Origin: Camelus ferus
Taxonomy: Eukaryota
Reading direction: 5' to 3'
NCBI RefSeq assembly: GCF_009834535.1
Contig: NC_045696.1
Location: 38,194,001-38,258,000 of the forward strand
Length of the DNA stretch: 64,000 nt
In this document: piece after piece, positions 13,450 to 26,850 of the stretch
Layout: each line of letters opens with the position of its first letter
How positions within the stretch are numbered: position 1 is the first letter of the stretch
The notes under the pieces: generated by a model
What the model saw: the letters and a program-made list of their open reading frames with translations, nothing else
The model's database searches: none
What the model was told of the DNA's origin: nothing
Position numbers and translations under genes: made by a program

Positions 13450-13601
13450 TGTAAGAATTGCTGCAGAACTTGTTCAAATGACACATTACTGAGCACCACT
13501 TCCAAAGAGTTGGATTTAGTGTGTTCAATATAGTGTTTAGGAGTGTTCATTTTTAACAAGCATTCTACTAAATGTGGATGCAGATGGTTTGAGAAACCCT
13601 G
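13450..13601. mobile_element. MER5-like hAT-Charlie MITE
   Basis: agaacttgttcaaatg...catttttaacaagcattc...gatgcagatggtttgagaaaccctg. Confidence 0.6.
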
Positions 13602-13604
13602 ATT

Positions 13605-14110
13605 TAGGGATTCATTCCAGTTCTTTGTTTGCAGCAAATAGGAATTAAAGCTAGTTAAATAAGCAGAAAAGAAATTTTTAAGAAGTAGATGTCCTATAAA
13701 TAAATACTGAATTTATAATATAACTTTTGGATTTGTAAGACTTTGGATATGATGATTCCACAGAAGCAAAGAGACTCCTAGAGAACCAACTTTAGAAAAG
13801 GATAGGAGTCAGAGCAGCATGTGGGATCTAGACGCCAGGAATTAATCATCAGTCTCACTGAACTGAATTGATTTCAACCCTTTTCTTCCTATAATTGTAT
13901 TACTGAGCTAAAAATATCAATCCTGTAAGAGTGTGTCTGGTTAGCTTGGATTGGGTCATGAGCCTCTGTATCATAGAAAGAGTAGGGCCCCTTGATTGAC
14001 AAACTTATCATGAATGGACACTATAGGAGACAAGTTAATTCCTTAAAAATGCCACTAAAACAAGTGGAATGGATAATGAGTGGCCAAAACCTCGCATATG
14101 TCTAATCACT
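13605..14110 (-). mobile_element. Old MLT1 (J/K/L-like) LTR
   Basis: ttgtttgcagcaaatagg...taagcagaaaagaaatt...gtgtgtctggttagcttggattgggtcatg...ggaatggataatgagtggccaaaa. Confidence 0.5.
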
Positions 14111-14839
14111 GGTAATATAATCATCCAAATAACTTCCTTTAGAATTTCAGCCCTTCCACTAAAAACTCAATTATGAAGTGAATATGACTTTGTATAATTA
14201 GAGTCTATAGAGTCTTCCAGTTCAGCCTAGGGGAGTTAGTCGTCATTTTGCTACTACCCTCAATAGAGTATTAGCAATTTAGGAGGCATATTATGATAGA
14301 ATCATGAAGCCAATTTCCCAAAAGGATAGTGTATATTTGCTTTTACCCAAGTACAATTTGAAACACCCCTTGTTATGATAAAATGCTTATCAACTGCAGT
14401 ATAGAAGATAAGGAAACATATAGGTGGCTTGAACTAACCTTTTCTTTACAAGAAATTGGACTTTTAGCAAGTGGCTTATGCTTATGAGTATGTCCAAAAT
14501 TTCAGTGCATTCAAAATTAAAATATTATGCAGTATTCTTGTCATTAACCATGTGCCTGGTTAATATGAGAAAATTTGTGACAAAAAATATTGTGCCCAGT
14601 ATTGATCCAGTTTCCATACACAATTCTTATGCGTTTAAAAATAAACTATAGAATGAATGTGTAATTCCTAAACTATAGAAAGAAAATTGATATGCCTCTA
14701 AACCTTATATTTTTGTCTAGTAAATGACATTTTAAGGAGCTTCGATTTTAAGATTGCCAGTGTTTCCTTTTAAGACAATTAACTTTTCTATGGGCCATTT
14801 TCCCAGAAATAGCTGCCCAAATGCAGTATAAACTCTTGA

Positions 14840-15550
14840 GTTTTTGAGTGCTTACTCCTTCCTGGGCCCCATTCTGAGTACTTCAGTGTATTCAATTGTA
14901 TACTCTTCACAACAACCTATAAAGTTAATATTACTATTTTCATCTCTATTTTATAGGTGAGGAAATCAGGATGCAAAATAGGTTAAGTAACTTGACACAG
15001 TGTTAAAGGATAACAGAGTGTTATAGGTTTAATTGTGTGCCCCCCCCCCCAACTCATATGTTTAAGTCCTAATTCCCAGTACCTCAGAATATGGCCTCTT
15101 TTGGAAAAGGGGTCATTGCAGATGTAATTAGTTAAGATGAGGTCATACTGGAGTACTGTGGACCCCTAATCCAATATGACTGGTGTCCTAATGAAAAGGG
15201 GGAAATTTGGACAGACATGCACACAGGGAGAAGGCTATGTGAAGATTAAAGCAGATATTGGAGTTACACATCTACAAGCCAAGGAACACTGCAGATTGCC
15301 AACAGACTGCTGTAAGCTAGGACAGAGGCATGAAACAGATTCTCTCTCATGGTTCTCAGAAGGAACCAGCCCTGCTGACATCTTGATTTTAGACTGGTTC
15401 TAGACCCCAGAAGTGTAAAACAATAAATGTCTGCTATTCTGACCCAACTAGTTGTCATACTTTGTTATGGCAGTACTAGGAAATAAACATGCAGGGTAAG
15501 GATTTGGATTTAGACATTATACCTCCAAAGCTTACATTCTTAACCAACAC
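14840..15550 (-). mobile_element. MIR SINE split by MLT1
   Basis: ttgagtgcttact..tcttcacaacaacctat..attttataggtgaggaaatcagg..ggttaagtaacttg, resuming after the LTR as ggatttggatttagac..ctccaaagc..tcttaacca. Confidence 0.75.
15019..15493 (+). mobile_element. MLT1 (MaLR) solo LTR, MLT1B/C-like, nested in a MIR
   Basis: tgttataggtttaattgtgtgccc...gcagatgtaattagttaagatgaggtcatactggagta...caagccaaggaacac...caataaatgtctgc...tttgttatggcagtactaggaaa. Confidence 0.9.
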
Positions 15551-16514
15551 ACTATATTATTTCCATAAAGGTAAGAGAATTGAATAAATACATAATATTT
15601 TAGGATGGGAAAGATACCTACACTAGGAAAGTGAATCCAGACTAAGAAGTAATAACATTTCTTTGAATCTTGAAGTACCTCTTTGTAAGGGCATTGAGAA
15701 AGGAGCTTAAAGTAGCATTTTTCTTCAAAACTGACAACAGGAAAAATGAAATAGATTAACTGACTAAATATGTTTGGAAAAAAGTCATGATCTGGGAATT
15801 TAACCACAAACTATAAATTTGTATAAATTAAGTTTGTTTAAATGTCAAAAAAATGTTTATTTAAATATTAAAAGATGTCTCCCTTAAGAAATCTCTAGAG
15901 AAAGATAAAAAATTTTAAGGAAGATCTCTGCTGTATCTATTTGATGACGTTTACATATATCAGTCACATAGAGCATACCTTTTGCATAAACCCAGGACTT
16001 GACTATTAGTGAATTAAACAGGAAAAATGTTGAAAAAAAAATTCTTATTACACAATGACCACAATGGAGAATCTGCATGGTATTCTGCCCATAGCTTTTT
16101 CTAATTAAAACAAACAGCTGTGGAATTAAGGAACAGTCATGCATAACCTAGGTTTCTTCTGTTCAAAAATAAATGCAGTGGAAAGCAAAATGAGAAAGAA
16201 AAGTTAGAAGTCAGTAGGAAGTACTTGATATCTCGACTCTGAAATATTGAAAACAATAATGAAAAGCTTGAGATGTCAGAGTTGCTCTGAATTGTCAAGA
16301 ATAGAGAGGTAAAAGCTTGGAAGCCATGATTTTTTTTTTTTCCTTCTAACTCTGAGAATAGATTAAAGATGAATTAAGGGGGATTTTCTGCTTGACTTCA
16401 ATAGAGGTAGGAAATAATCTGTAAAGCAGAGATATCTTGCAGTTTGGTCAGTAAGATGCTTGATTCTTGTTTCTTTATTTCTCTCTGCTCAGTGCTGCAT
16501 AGTCAAATAGGTCT

Positions 16515-16900
16515 GAGACTGAATCTCAGTCCTATGCCTTATTGAGAATGAGTTTCTTAGAAAATGGATTACTGTCTTGGCTTTGCTTTAATTATCTGTA
16601 AAATAGCAGAAATAACACCTGTTCGGTTTCATTTTGAGATTTTATAAATGCAGTATATATAGAAGTGCCTGACCACACAACGACAGTCACAATAAAATAA
16701 TAGTTAACATTAATCTAGTGATTACTATGCTTTAAGGGCTTCAGTGCATTGTGTCATTCATCTGAACTAGGAAGTAGGTCATATTATTCATTCCAATTCA
16801 ACATTGAAGGCGCTGAGTCATAGAGTTTTGGGGAATTTGCTCAAGGTCATGAACTAGTAAGTTCAGTATAGATTTTGGAATCAAGCTTAGATCATTATCT
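16515..16900. mobile_element. Two adjacent MIRs in opposite orientation
   Basis: ttatctgtaaaatagcagaaataacacc (plus); ctgagtcatagag..aatttgctcaaggtcat (minus). Confidence 0.55.
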
Positions 16901-16909
16901 TTGAAATAA

Positions 16910-17385
16910 CACAATTAAATATATTACCAATGACCCTTATCAAGGATACAAATAAGAGTAAACTTAGTTCTTTATGAATTTATTGTGTAATAGAGAAAGT
17001 CAAGTGGGTGGAGACACCTTCTTGCAGGTGTGGTGATAGTAATATGCACAAGTTACTAATGGCTTTGGAGGAAGATATTGTCATATCCATTTTCAGGTAT
17101 CAAGAAAGACTTTCTATAGGAAGCAGAGCTTGAACTAAGTGATGAAATGTTAGTCACTATTTATCAGGTGACTAGTGATAACAAATCATTCCAGAGAAGG
17201 GGAGTAACAAGTGCAATAACATGATGAAAACATAGGATAGCATTTTGTGAGACACTGGTAAATAGGATTAGGTAGAGACTACAAAGAGGAGAGAGGCAGA
17301 AGATGAAGGATGGAAAATAGACAGGGGTCAAGCCATGAAGAGCTTTGAATGCTGTGCTAAGTGGTGTGCGTTTTATCATTAAAGA
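16910..17385 (-). mobile_element. L2 fragment
   Basis: caagaaagactttctataggaag..cattccagagaagggg..gccatgaagagctttgaatgctgtgctaag. Confidence 0.6.
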
Positions 17386-17956
17386 CCAGAGATTCTTAAC
17401 CCTGGCTGTACATCAAAATCATATTGGGGCCTTTTGAAAAAATACCCATACATAAGTTCAACCCACGTCTACCTTTATAAACATACTTTTTTTGTGATGA
17501 ATTTTGAACATCTTTCTTCCTACTCTTGTTAACTCTATTAAGTGTGTAGTAGGCCCTCAATAAATGTAGGTTGGTTGATCTTAGTAGTTAGCTTCTGTTA
17601 GCTAATACAGCCACTTCAGAATTATTTTTAGTTATTTTGGTGAGTTATGTGATAGGATTTTTTTTTTATTAACATAAAAAGTTAACATTTTTATAAGGTA
17701 CTCTGGAATTAAAAAAAAAACATGAAGTTAATGATAACCCAGAATATCACTGTGATATTCTGACATATTTATTGATGATTTACTAATAAACAGTCAAAGG
17801 GTGCATTTTTGGTGAGCAGCACATTTCCATATCCCTCCCCTGTTTGCGCTGTCTTGGTGCAGGCACACTGACTGCATTTTTCCCCGTGATCTTGAAACTG
17901 ATAGTCTAGTAATTTCCCTATTTCAGCTTCTAATATAGAATATTACCTGTGGGTTT

Positions 17957-17998
17957 TGTGTGTGTGTGTGTATGTGTGTGTGTATGTGTGTGTGTATG
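17957..17998. repeat. Interrupted (TG)n microsatellite
   Basis: Read directly. Confidence 0.95.
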
Positions 17999-18096
17999 AT
18001 AATGCTACATGCAGATTTAAAGATTTTTGTTAGTGCTTCAAAGGCAGAAAAGAAGGAAACTAATCTAAAAAAATCTACCTGGGTATAAAAAGAAAA

Positions 18097-21000
18097 AGAC
18101 ATTTGATTTCACATATAAAGAGCTTATAAATCATCACTCGGTTCTAACAATAAGCAAAAACCTGAAAAGACTGAAAAATCAGCTCTTCTTGGGTCCATAA
18201 GATAGGGGAGGACATGGAGCAAAGTGCTTGCTTCCAAGATTAGAGAGACAGACAGGCAAATATAAGGAGTTACTGCTTCCCAGAGTAGAGACTTTTAAGC
18301 AGAAACAGCCACAGGAACCAGTGCCTGTTGCATCATGTCCAGCAATCAAGAAAAAAAATTGTAAGGTGTACCAGAAGGCAAAACCCACAATTTTAAGAGA
18401 CATATCAAACATCAGAACCAGATATGGCAGGGACGCTCGAATTATCAGATTGGGGATTTAAAACAGCTATAATTACTATGCTAAGGTCTCTAATGGATTA
18501 ATTAGACAGCAAGCAAGAGCAGATGGGCAATGTAAGTAGAGAGATGGAAATCTTGATAATGAAAATAAATGCATATGTATGTATGTGTGTATGCTTGTGT
18601 ATAATTGTAATGAATGACAGCAATGATACATGAGGTGGGAAGGAAGTAGGATTATTTTGTTACTATAAGGTACAGTACCTACAAAGCTGTATAGCATTAT
18701 TTGCAAGTAGACATGCATTAGTTGTAAATGTATATTGCAAACTCAAGAGCAACCACTAAAAAAAGGTGAAAAAAGAAGTATAACTGATATACTGGTAAGA
18801 CAGCGAAAATGGAATGATATAAAAGCTAGCTAAAACCACAAAAGGCAGAAAAAGAAAAAAAGAGAAAAAGAAAAAAATGAGAACAAAGAACAAGGGCAAC
18901 AAGTAGAAGACAGTAATGAATATTGTACCAGCTATACCATTAATCACTCTCAATGTCAATGATCTAAATGGGTGAAATAAAATGCAGAGATTGTTAGAGT
19001 CAATCAAAAAAACAAGGCCCAGTAATATGTTCTCTAAAAGAAACCCACTTTAAATATAAAGAAACATATGGATTAAATGTAAATAGATGGAGAAAAATAT
19101 ACCATCCTAACAGGAATCAAGAAAACACATGAGTAGCTATATTAATTTCAGACAACAGGCTTCACAGCAAGACAAGTTATTAGGGATAAAGAAGGACATT
19201 ACAAAATGATGAAAGGGTCGGTTTTCCAAGAGACATAGCAGTCTCCCATGTGTATGTGCCTAACAACAGAACATCAAACTTGTTTAGGCAGAGACTGATA
19301 GAACTGCCAGGAGTTCCATAGAATAGTTGATACACTACTATATTTGGAGACTTCAACCCCTCTATCAGAAACAGACATATCCAACAGGCAGAAAATCAAT
19401 AAGCACATAGTTGAACTCAATAAAACTATCAGTCAACTGGATATAATTTTCATCTATAGACTACTTCATCCAAGAATAGCATCCGATACACATTCTTCTC
19501 AAGCTCATATGGAACATTCACCAAGATATACATGACTGTTGAGCTTAAAAAAAAAAAAAACCAAAAACTTACCAAATTTAAAGGATAAAAATAATCCATT
19601 GTGTCAGCTAAGGACACAATGCAAATCAGTAGTAGAAAGATAACTGGAAAATACCAAAATACATGGATATAACCAACACACTAACTACCAAGACTGAATC
19701 ATGAAGAAATAGAAACTCTAAACTGACCAGTCCTACTAAGAAGATTAAATCAGTAATCAACATTCCACCACTCCATCCCACAGAAAAGTCCAGGGCCAGA
19801 TGGCTTCACTTAATGAATTCTACCAAACATTTGAAGAATGATAGTACTAATCCTTCTCAAATCCTTCTGAAAAATAAGAGGAGAGAACACTTCCTAATTC
19901 TTTTTATGAGGCCAGCATTACCCTGATACCAAAATTAGACTAGGATACTACAAGAAAAGAAAATTACAGGCCAATATCTTTGATGAGCATAGATGCAAAA
20001 ATCCTCAACAAAGTATTAGCAAACCAAATTCAGCAGTGTATTAAAAGGATCGTACACCATGATCAAGTGGTCGTTACTCCAGGGGTGTAAGAATGGTTCA
20101 ACATTTGGAAATCAGTCAGTGTGATACATCACATTAACAGATGAAAGATAAAAATCATATTATTTCAATAGATGCAGAAAAAGTTTTTGACAGAATTCAA
20201 CCATTCATGATGAAAAGACTGGGGGTAGAGGGAATGTACCTCAGCATAGTAAAGACCATGTTAACAAGCTCATAGCTAACATCATACTCAATGGAGAGAA
20301 GCTGAAAGCCTTTCCTCTGAGATCAGAAACAAGACAAGGATGCCCACTCTTGCCGCTTTTACTCAACATAGTACTGAAATTCTAGGCCAGAGCAATTAGC
20401 AAGAAAAAGAAAGCAAAGACATCCAAATCAGAATGGGAGAAGTAAAATTATCTTTATTTACAGATAACATGATATTATATATAGAAAACCCTAAAGACCA
20501 CCAAAAAACTACTAGAACTAATAATTAATTCAGTAAAGTTGCAGGATACAAAATCAATATATAAAAACCAGCTTCATTTCTATGAAATAACATCAAACCA
20601 TCAGAAACAGAAATTAAGAAAACAATCTAATTTACAATTGCATCAAAAAGAATAAAATACCTAAGAATAAATGTAACCAAGGAGGTTAAAGATCTGTACA
20701 CTGAACACTGTAAGACACTGATGTATGAAATTGAAGAAGATACAAATAAATGGAAGGATATTCCATGCTTATGGATTTGAAAAATTAATATTGTTAAAAT
20801 GTCCATACTACCCAAAGCAATCTACAGGTTCTGTGTAATCCCTATGAAAATTCCAATGACATTTTTCGCAGAAATAGAAAAAAAATCCTAAAATTTCTGT
20901 GGAACCACAAAAGACCCTGAATAGCCAAAGCAATCTTGAGAAAAAAGACATGTCCAGAGGCATCACACTTCTTGATTTCAAATTATATTAAAATAAGACC

Positions 21001-22190
21001 TGTAACAAAACTTCTAGACGATAACATAAGGGAAGAGAACCCTGATGTCAGTATTGGCAGTAGTTTGTTTTTGATTTGACACCAAAAGCAAAGGCAACAA
21101 AGGCACAAACAAGTAAGACTACATAAAACTAAAAATCTGCCCAGCAAAGGAAACTATCAACCAGATGGAAAGGCAACCTATGGAATGGGAGAAAATATTT
21201 GTAAATATATCTAATATGGGTTAATATCAAAAATAGAAAACTCACATAACTCAATAGCAAAAAAACCCAACAAAACACAAAAACTAACTGAAAAACAAGC
21301 AGAAGAACTGAATAGACATTTTCTGAAGAAGATGTGGAAATGACCAATAATGAAGAGGTACTCTATATCACTAATTATCAAGGTATTGTAAATCAAAAAC
21401 GCAATGAACTGTCAGATCATACTTGTTAGAATGGCTATCATCAAAAAGATGAGATAACAAATGTTGACAAGGATGTGGGTAAAAGGGGACTCTTATACAC
21501 TATTGGTAGGAATGCACATTGGGGCAGCCATAGCCACCAATCACATTCTGGAGATTCCTCAAAAAACTGAAAATAAAACTTTTGTATGATCCATCATTCT
21601 CACTTCTTTTCTTTCATCCTGAAAGAAATGCTCCCTGTTCATTTCAGCATTATTTACAATAGCAAGATATGGAAACAATGCTAGTGTCCATCACTGATGA
21701 ATAGATAAAGAAGATGTGGTGTATATATACATAATGGAATATTATTTAGCCACGAGAAAGAAGGAAATCCTGCCACTTATGACAACATGGATGGATCTTG
21801 TGGGCATGATGTTAAGTGAAATAAACCAGACAGAGAAAGACAAATACTTCATGGTATCACTTATATGTGGAATCTAAATAAAAGCCAAACTTGAACAGAG
21901 TGAAGAAAAATGGTTGCTGGAGGCGGAAAGGTGGAGGAAATATAAACATTTAGCTATAACATGAATTATGCCTAAGTTTCTGATGTATAACATAGTGACT
22001 GTAGTAGATGACAGTGAATTGTGTAATTGAAGTTTGCTAAGAGAGTAGAACTTAGATATCATCACAAAAATATGTGAAGTTGTACATGTACATCAAATCA
22101 TTATGGCGTACATTTTAAATTACTTATAGTTTCGTCTATTACACCCCAATAAAGCTGAGAGGTAAATAAAACTAAAGAGAAAAAAAAGGA
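18097..22190 (+). mobile_element. Degenerate composite LINE-1: old L1M 5'UTR/ORF1/endonuclease pieces (~18097-19680) joined to an L1MA-like RT-to-3' end (~19680-22190)
   Basis: EN remnants (ITLNVN at ~18941; GDFNTPLS-like at ~19345). RT remnants (ccagatggcttcact, gaggccagcattaccctgatacc, agacaaggatgcccactct, tttacagataacatgat). caataaagctg plus A-rich tail at ~22147-22190. Confidence 0.88.
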
Positions 22191-22889
22191 AAGATACTGC
22201 AGGCAATGTAATCGACCTGTGTCATAACTGTGTGTTGCCCTTTACATAGACCTAGTGACAAACTACTTTCATTCAGGTATTGTAAATTTTTGTAACTCTG
22301 TCTCTATATCCCCAAATATGTGCCGTATTTATATATTATTTCTAGGATGTGTTTTATTGTCTTATATAAAAATACTAAGTGGGAAAAAGTTTGTATTTTT
22401 ATTACAAAGTTTTTCTTAGTGAAAGTCTTTTTATTTAGTTTTCAATTTTAATACTGAAATGTAATAAAATTTTAATCTATTTACTTCAAAGTGATAATTT
22501 TTTAAAATATTGGACTTTTTTGATTAATTATGGGAAGATAGCAATATCTGATGTTTTGATTTCTTAATGTAATTCTGTGCTTTACATTTGTATTGATTTA
22601 TTTGGACACTTGGGTGTATAAAATAGGAAATCAGAGGTAAATGGAAAGCCAGAGATTGCTAGCAAAATTCTGTAATTTTGATTTGAGTGAAATGAGATTT
22701 AAAATATTAAATGAATTGTCCACAGTCACTTACCAGTTTTTGGCAAAATGAATACTAGAAACTCTAAAACACACTGACACTTCCATACAAGATATAAAGT
22801 GGATTTTCATTGATTTTTTCCTAACAAGTGTGATTTTCCTATCAATTGGCATGAATATCACTTCTTTTTTTTTATATGTAGGTGCATTC

Positions 22890-23897
22890 TTTTTTTTTAA
22901 CATGTTTTATTGAGTTATATTCATTTTACAATGTTGTGTCAAATTCCAGTGTAGAGCACAATTTTTCAGTTATACATGAACATACATATATTCATTGTCA
23001 CATTTTTTTCACTGTGAGCTACCGCAAGATCTTGTATTTATTTCCCTGTGCTATACAGTATAATCTTGTTTAACTATTCTGCATATGCTTGTCAGTATCT
23101 ACAAATTTTGAACTCCCAGTCTGTCCCTTCCCACCCCTAGCCCCTTGGCAATCACAAGTTTGTATTCTATGAGTCTGTTTCTGTTTCGTATGTATGTATG
23201 TATGTATTATGTATTTATATTCCACATATGAGCAATCTCATATGGTGTTTTTCTTTCTCTTTCTGGCTTACTTCACTTAGAATGACATTCTCCAGGAACA
23301 TCCATGTTGCTGCAAATGGCATTATGTTGTCAGTTTTTATGGCTGAATAGTATTCCATTGTATAAATGTACTAATTCTTCTTTATCCAGTCATCTGTTGA
23401 TGGACACTTAGGCTGTTTCCATGTCTTGGCTATTGTAAATCGTGCTGCTCTGAACATTGTAGTTTTGATTTGCATTTCTCTGATAATTAGTGATACTGAG
23501 CATTTTTTCATGTACCTATTTATCCTTTGTATTTCTTCCTTGGAGAATTGCTTGTTTAGGTCTTCTGCCCATTTTTGGATTGGATTGTTTGTTTTTTTCT
23601 TATTAAGTCGTATGAGCTGCTTATATATTCTAGAGATCAAGCCTTTGTCAGTTTCATCATTTGCAAAAGTTTTCTCCCATTCCATAGGTTGTTGTTTTGT
23701 TTTACATATGGTTTCCTTTGCTGTGCAGAAGCTTGTAAGTTTAATTACGTTCCATTTGTTTATTCTTGCTTTTATTTCTATTGCTTGGGTAGACTGCCCT
23801 AGGAGAGCATTTTTGAGCTGTATGTGAGAGAATGTTTTGCCTGTATTTTCTTCTAGGAGTTTTTTTGTATCTTGTCTTATGCTTAAGTCTTTGAACA
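22890..23897 (-). mobile_element. 5'-truncated lineage-specific L1, same 3'UTR family as 54111-57180, with an internal ORF2 deletion
   Basis: Poly-T at 22890. Its reverse complement matches ~56620-57180. ORF 23371-23919(-) encodes ORF2 motifs [43 protein letters not shown]. Confidence 0.93.
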
Positions 23898-24929
23898 TCA
23901 CTTCTAAATGGAGGTACACAACTTTGGCAATGAAAATTTTATAAAAATATTGCTAAGAATTTCACAGTATTAAGGGGAAATAAGTGTCAATGATGATTAT
24001 TTCTCACGCTGCTTGCGTAAAATCTATCTCATGTTCTATACAGTGGAGCTAAATTCTATATGAAGAAACTCAAATATAATCTGGAGACTATATAATTAGA
24101 AACATTGTACTATGTAAATGATGCATTACCTGAAAGTTGCTTTAATCTCTGACTTTTTCCATAAACAGCATAGTCATATATCTTCTCTCTCATTTTCTCA
24201 AAATCCAAAATCACTTTTATTCAGTCATGGTTCTGGTGCATGAATAGCTATCGGGCAAAAACATTTAGGTAATTAATATTTAACCCAAATTTTGCTAATT
24301 TTTTGGAAGTCATTGGAAAATGATATGAAGAAGGTTAAGAAAGTTAAAAACACTTTTCCCAGGCACCACACAGACTAACTAGTTGGGCTGACTGACATTG
24401 GTCTTTTTGTGGCCTTCGGAAAATACTTCACTCTCACTGAGCCACAGTTTTCTTCTTGGTGAAGTTTTGATAACAGGTTTATTGCAATATAATATTGTTT
24501 GTCAAAATGTTCTGAAAATTGTGACATGCTTATGCAACTGCATTATTTCATTACTATTTCTCAGCAATGCTGGAACACCTTTAAACATTGGTATCAAGTC
24601 GTTTAATCATTCATTCTAGATTTACTGAACAAACTTTAATTGAATTCCAGAAGCTGTGACTCATGTTGGCATTAAAAAGATGAACCATTCTGCCTCCCTC
24701 TCAAGTCAAGAAGGAGAAAAAAGAATGGAAGAGGGAGGTGAGAGAAAAGAAGGGCAGGTGAGCCAGTTGTGTCCAGGTATCACTGTGATTGTGCCTGTGC
24801 ACACGTAAGCCTAGCTGCAGCATATCACAGTGTGCCTCGGTCTGCCAAGTTAAATAGTCTGATCCTAGGTTATCTAATTGAAATAGAGCAAAAAAGGGAA
24901 AGAAGTCTACTATTTTGTATAGAATATAC

Positions 24930-25040
24930 ACACTTAATTTCCTAACAGTCCTGGGAGGTCGGTAGTACTATTATGCCCTTTTTTATGAATGAGGAAGCTG
25001 AGGTACAGAGAGGTTAAGTAGTTTACCTAGGACCACTCAT
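24930..25040 (-). mobile_element. MIR core
   Basis: atgaggaagctgaggtacagagaggttaagtagtttacctagg. Confidence 0.7.
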
Positions 25041-25402
25041 AAGAAGGCAATGGGTGAGGCATCTAGATTGGGCAGTACAAGGTGAGGCAAAGTGGAGTTC
25101 CTTGAGATGAAGATTACGAGATGGTGGTGACTTCACATATCAGCTATTATACAGCAAATAGAGGTGTGCCCAGCATCCTCAAGTTGTATTTCTGAAACAG
25201 ATGGAAATAACCTCTAATTAAGAAGCTCAGAATTCTTGAGCACAGAATGGAGAAATACTCAACTAGTAATTATATTTCAATGTGGTAAATATCCTCTAGT
25301 AGGAATATGCACAGGAGTTATTGGAGGATAAGGAAGGTTGGTGTGACTTACTTATAAAGGAATCAACAAAGGCTTTTCACAGTTGATAATGCTTGTGCAG
25401 TC

Positions 25403-26850
25403 TTTTTTTTTCCATATGAGGTAAAATATGAATAGCATAAAACTTACTATATTAGCCATTTTAAGTGTATCATCCAGTGGTATTAAGTGCATTCATACTG
25501 TAGTGCAACTATCACCATCATTTATTTCTAGAACTTTTCATCTTGCAGAACTGAAACTCTTTACCCATTAAAAAATAATTCCCCATGATCCCTTCCCAGC
25601 AACCCCTGAAAGCCACTGTAATACTATCTTTCTTTTATCAAATCTCTCCTTTCCCTCCATGCCCCAGCCTTAGGTAACCACTGTTTTACTCTTTTGTTAC
25701 TATGAATTCAGCTTTTTTCCCGATATATACAAGTGAAATCATACACTATTTGCCTCTCTCTGTATGATTTATTTCACTTAGCATAATGACCTCCAAGTTT
25801 ATCCATGTTGTTGTAAACTGCAGGATTTCCTTCTTTTTAAAGGCTGAATAATATTCCATTGTGTATGTATATATCAGTATCTTTATCCATTTATCCATCA
25901 ACTGACATTTAGGCTATTTCCATATCTTGGCCATTGTATATAATGCTGCAGTGAAAAAGGGAAGGTTGATATCTATTAGAGATAGTGGTTTATTTCCTTG
26001 GGATGTGTACCCAGAAGTGTGATAGCTGTGTAGTATGATAGTTCTGTTTTCAATTTTTTGAGAAATTTCCATACTATTTTCCGTACTGATTTGCATTCCC
26101 ACTAACAATTTACAAAGTTTCCCTTTATAAGCATCCTTGTCAATACTTACTATCTTTTGACTTTCTGGTAATAGTCATCCTAATAGGTGTGAAGTGATAT
26201 TTCATTGGGGTTTTGATGTGCATTTCCTGCTAATGTGATTTTGAGCATCTTTTAATGTCTGCTGGCCATTTATATGTCTTCTCTGGAAAAATATTTATTC
26301 ATATTCTCTGCCTATTTTTTAATTGTATAATTTGATTTTTTTTGCTTTTGAGTTCTAAGAGTTCCTTATATATTTTAGATATTAACCCCATTGGATATAT
26401 GACTTGCAAATATTTTCTCCCATTCCATAGGTTGCCATTTCATTTTGTTGGTCTCCTTTGCTTTCTGGAAACCTTTGATATAGTCCCACTTGTTTATTTT
26501 TGCTTTTGTTGCCTGTGCTTTGGGTGTCATATCCAAAAAATCATTGCTGAGACCAGTTTTAAGGAGCATTTCACCTATGTTTTCTTCTAGGAATTTTACA
26601 ATTTCAAGTCTTACTTTTAAGTCTTTCATCTTTGAGTTGACTTTTATCTATGGTTCAAGATAAGGGTCTAATTTTATTCTTCTGCACGTGGATATCCAGT
26701 TTTTCTAAGATCATTTACTAAAGAGATTATCCTTTCCCCATTGTGTATTCATAGCGCCTTTGGGAAAAATCAGTTGACTGTACATATGTGGGTTTATATG
26801 CAGGCCCTCTGTTTGTTCCATTGATCTACGTGTCTCTATTTACGTGCAGT
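25403..26850 (-). mobile_element. 5'-truncated older L1 (L1MB-like terminal 3'UTR joined to L1MA-like ORF2 3' region)
   Basis: Poly-T at 25403. ORF 26375-26629(-) reads LEENIGEML..DFLDMTPKAQATKAKINKWDYIK..WEKIFASH; ORF 25914-26108(-) reads FTAALYTMAKIWK. Confidence 0.88.

Noticed and set aside
18085..22198. TSD around the composite L1 (aaaaagaaaaagac / aaaaaggaaagat)
   Set aside because: Low-complexity A-rich match that could arise by chance.
23371..23919. 182-aa ORF as a host gene
   Set aside because: It is a truncated, internally deleted L1 ORF2 fragment.
22874..23925. TSD atatgtaggtgcattcttt / aaatggaggtacacaacttt for the minus-strand L1
   Set aside because: Too many mismatches for a relatively young element to call with confidence.
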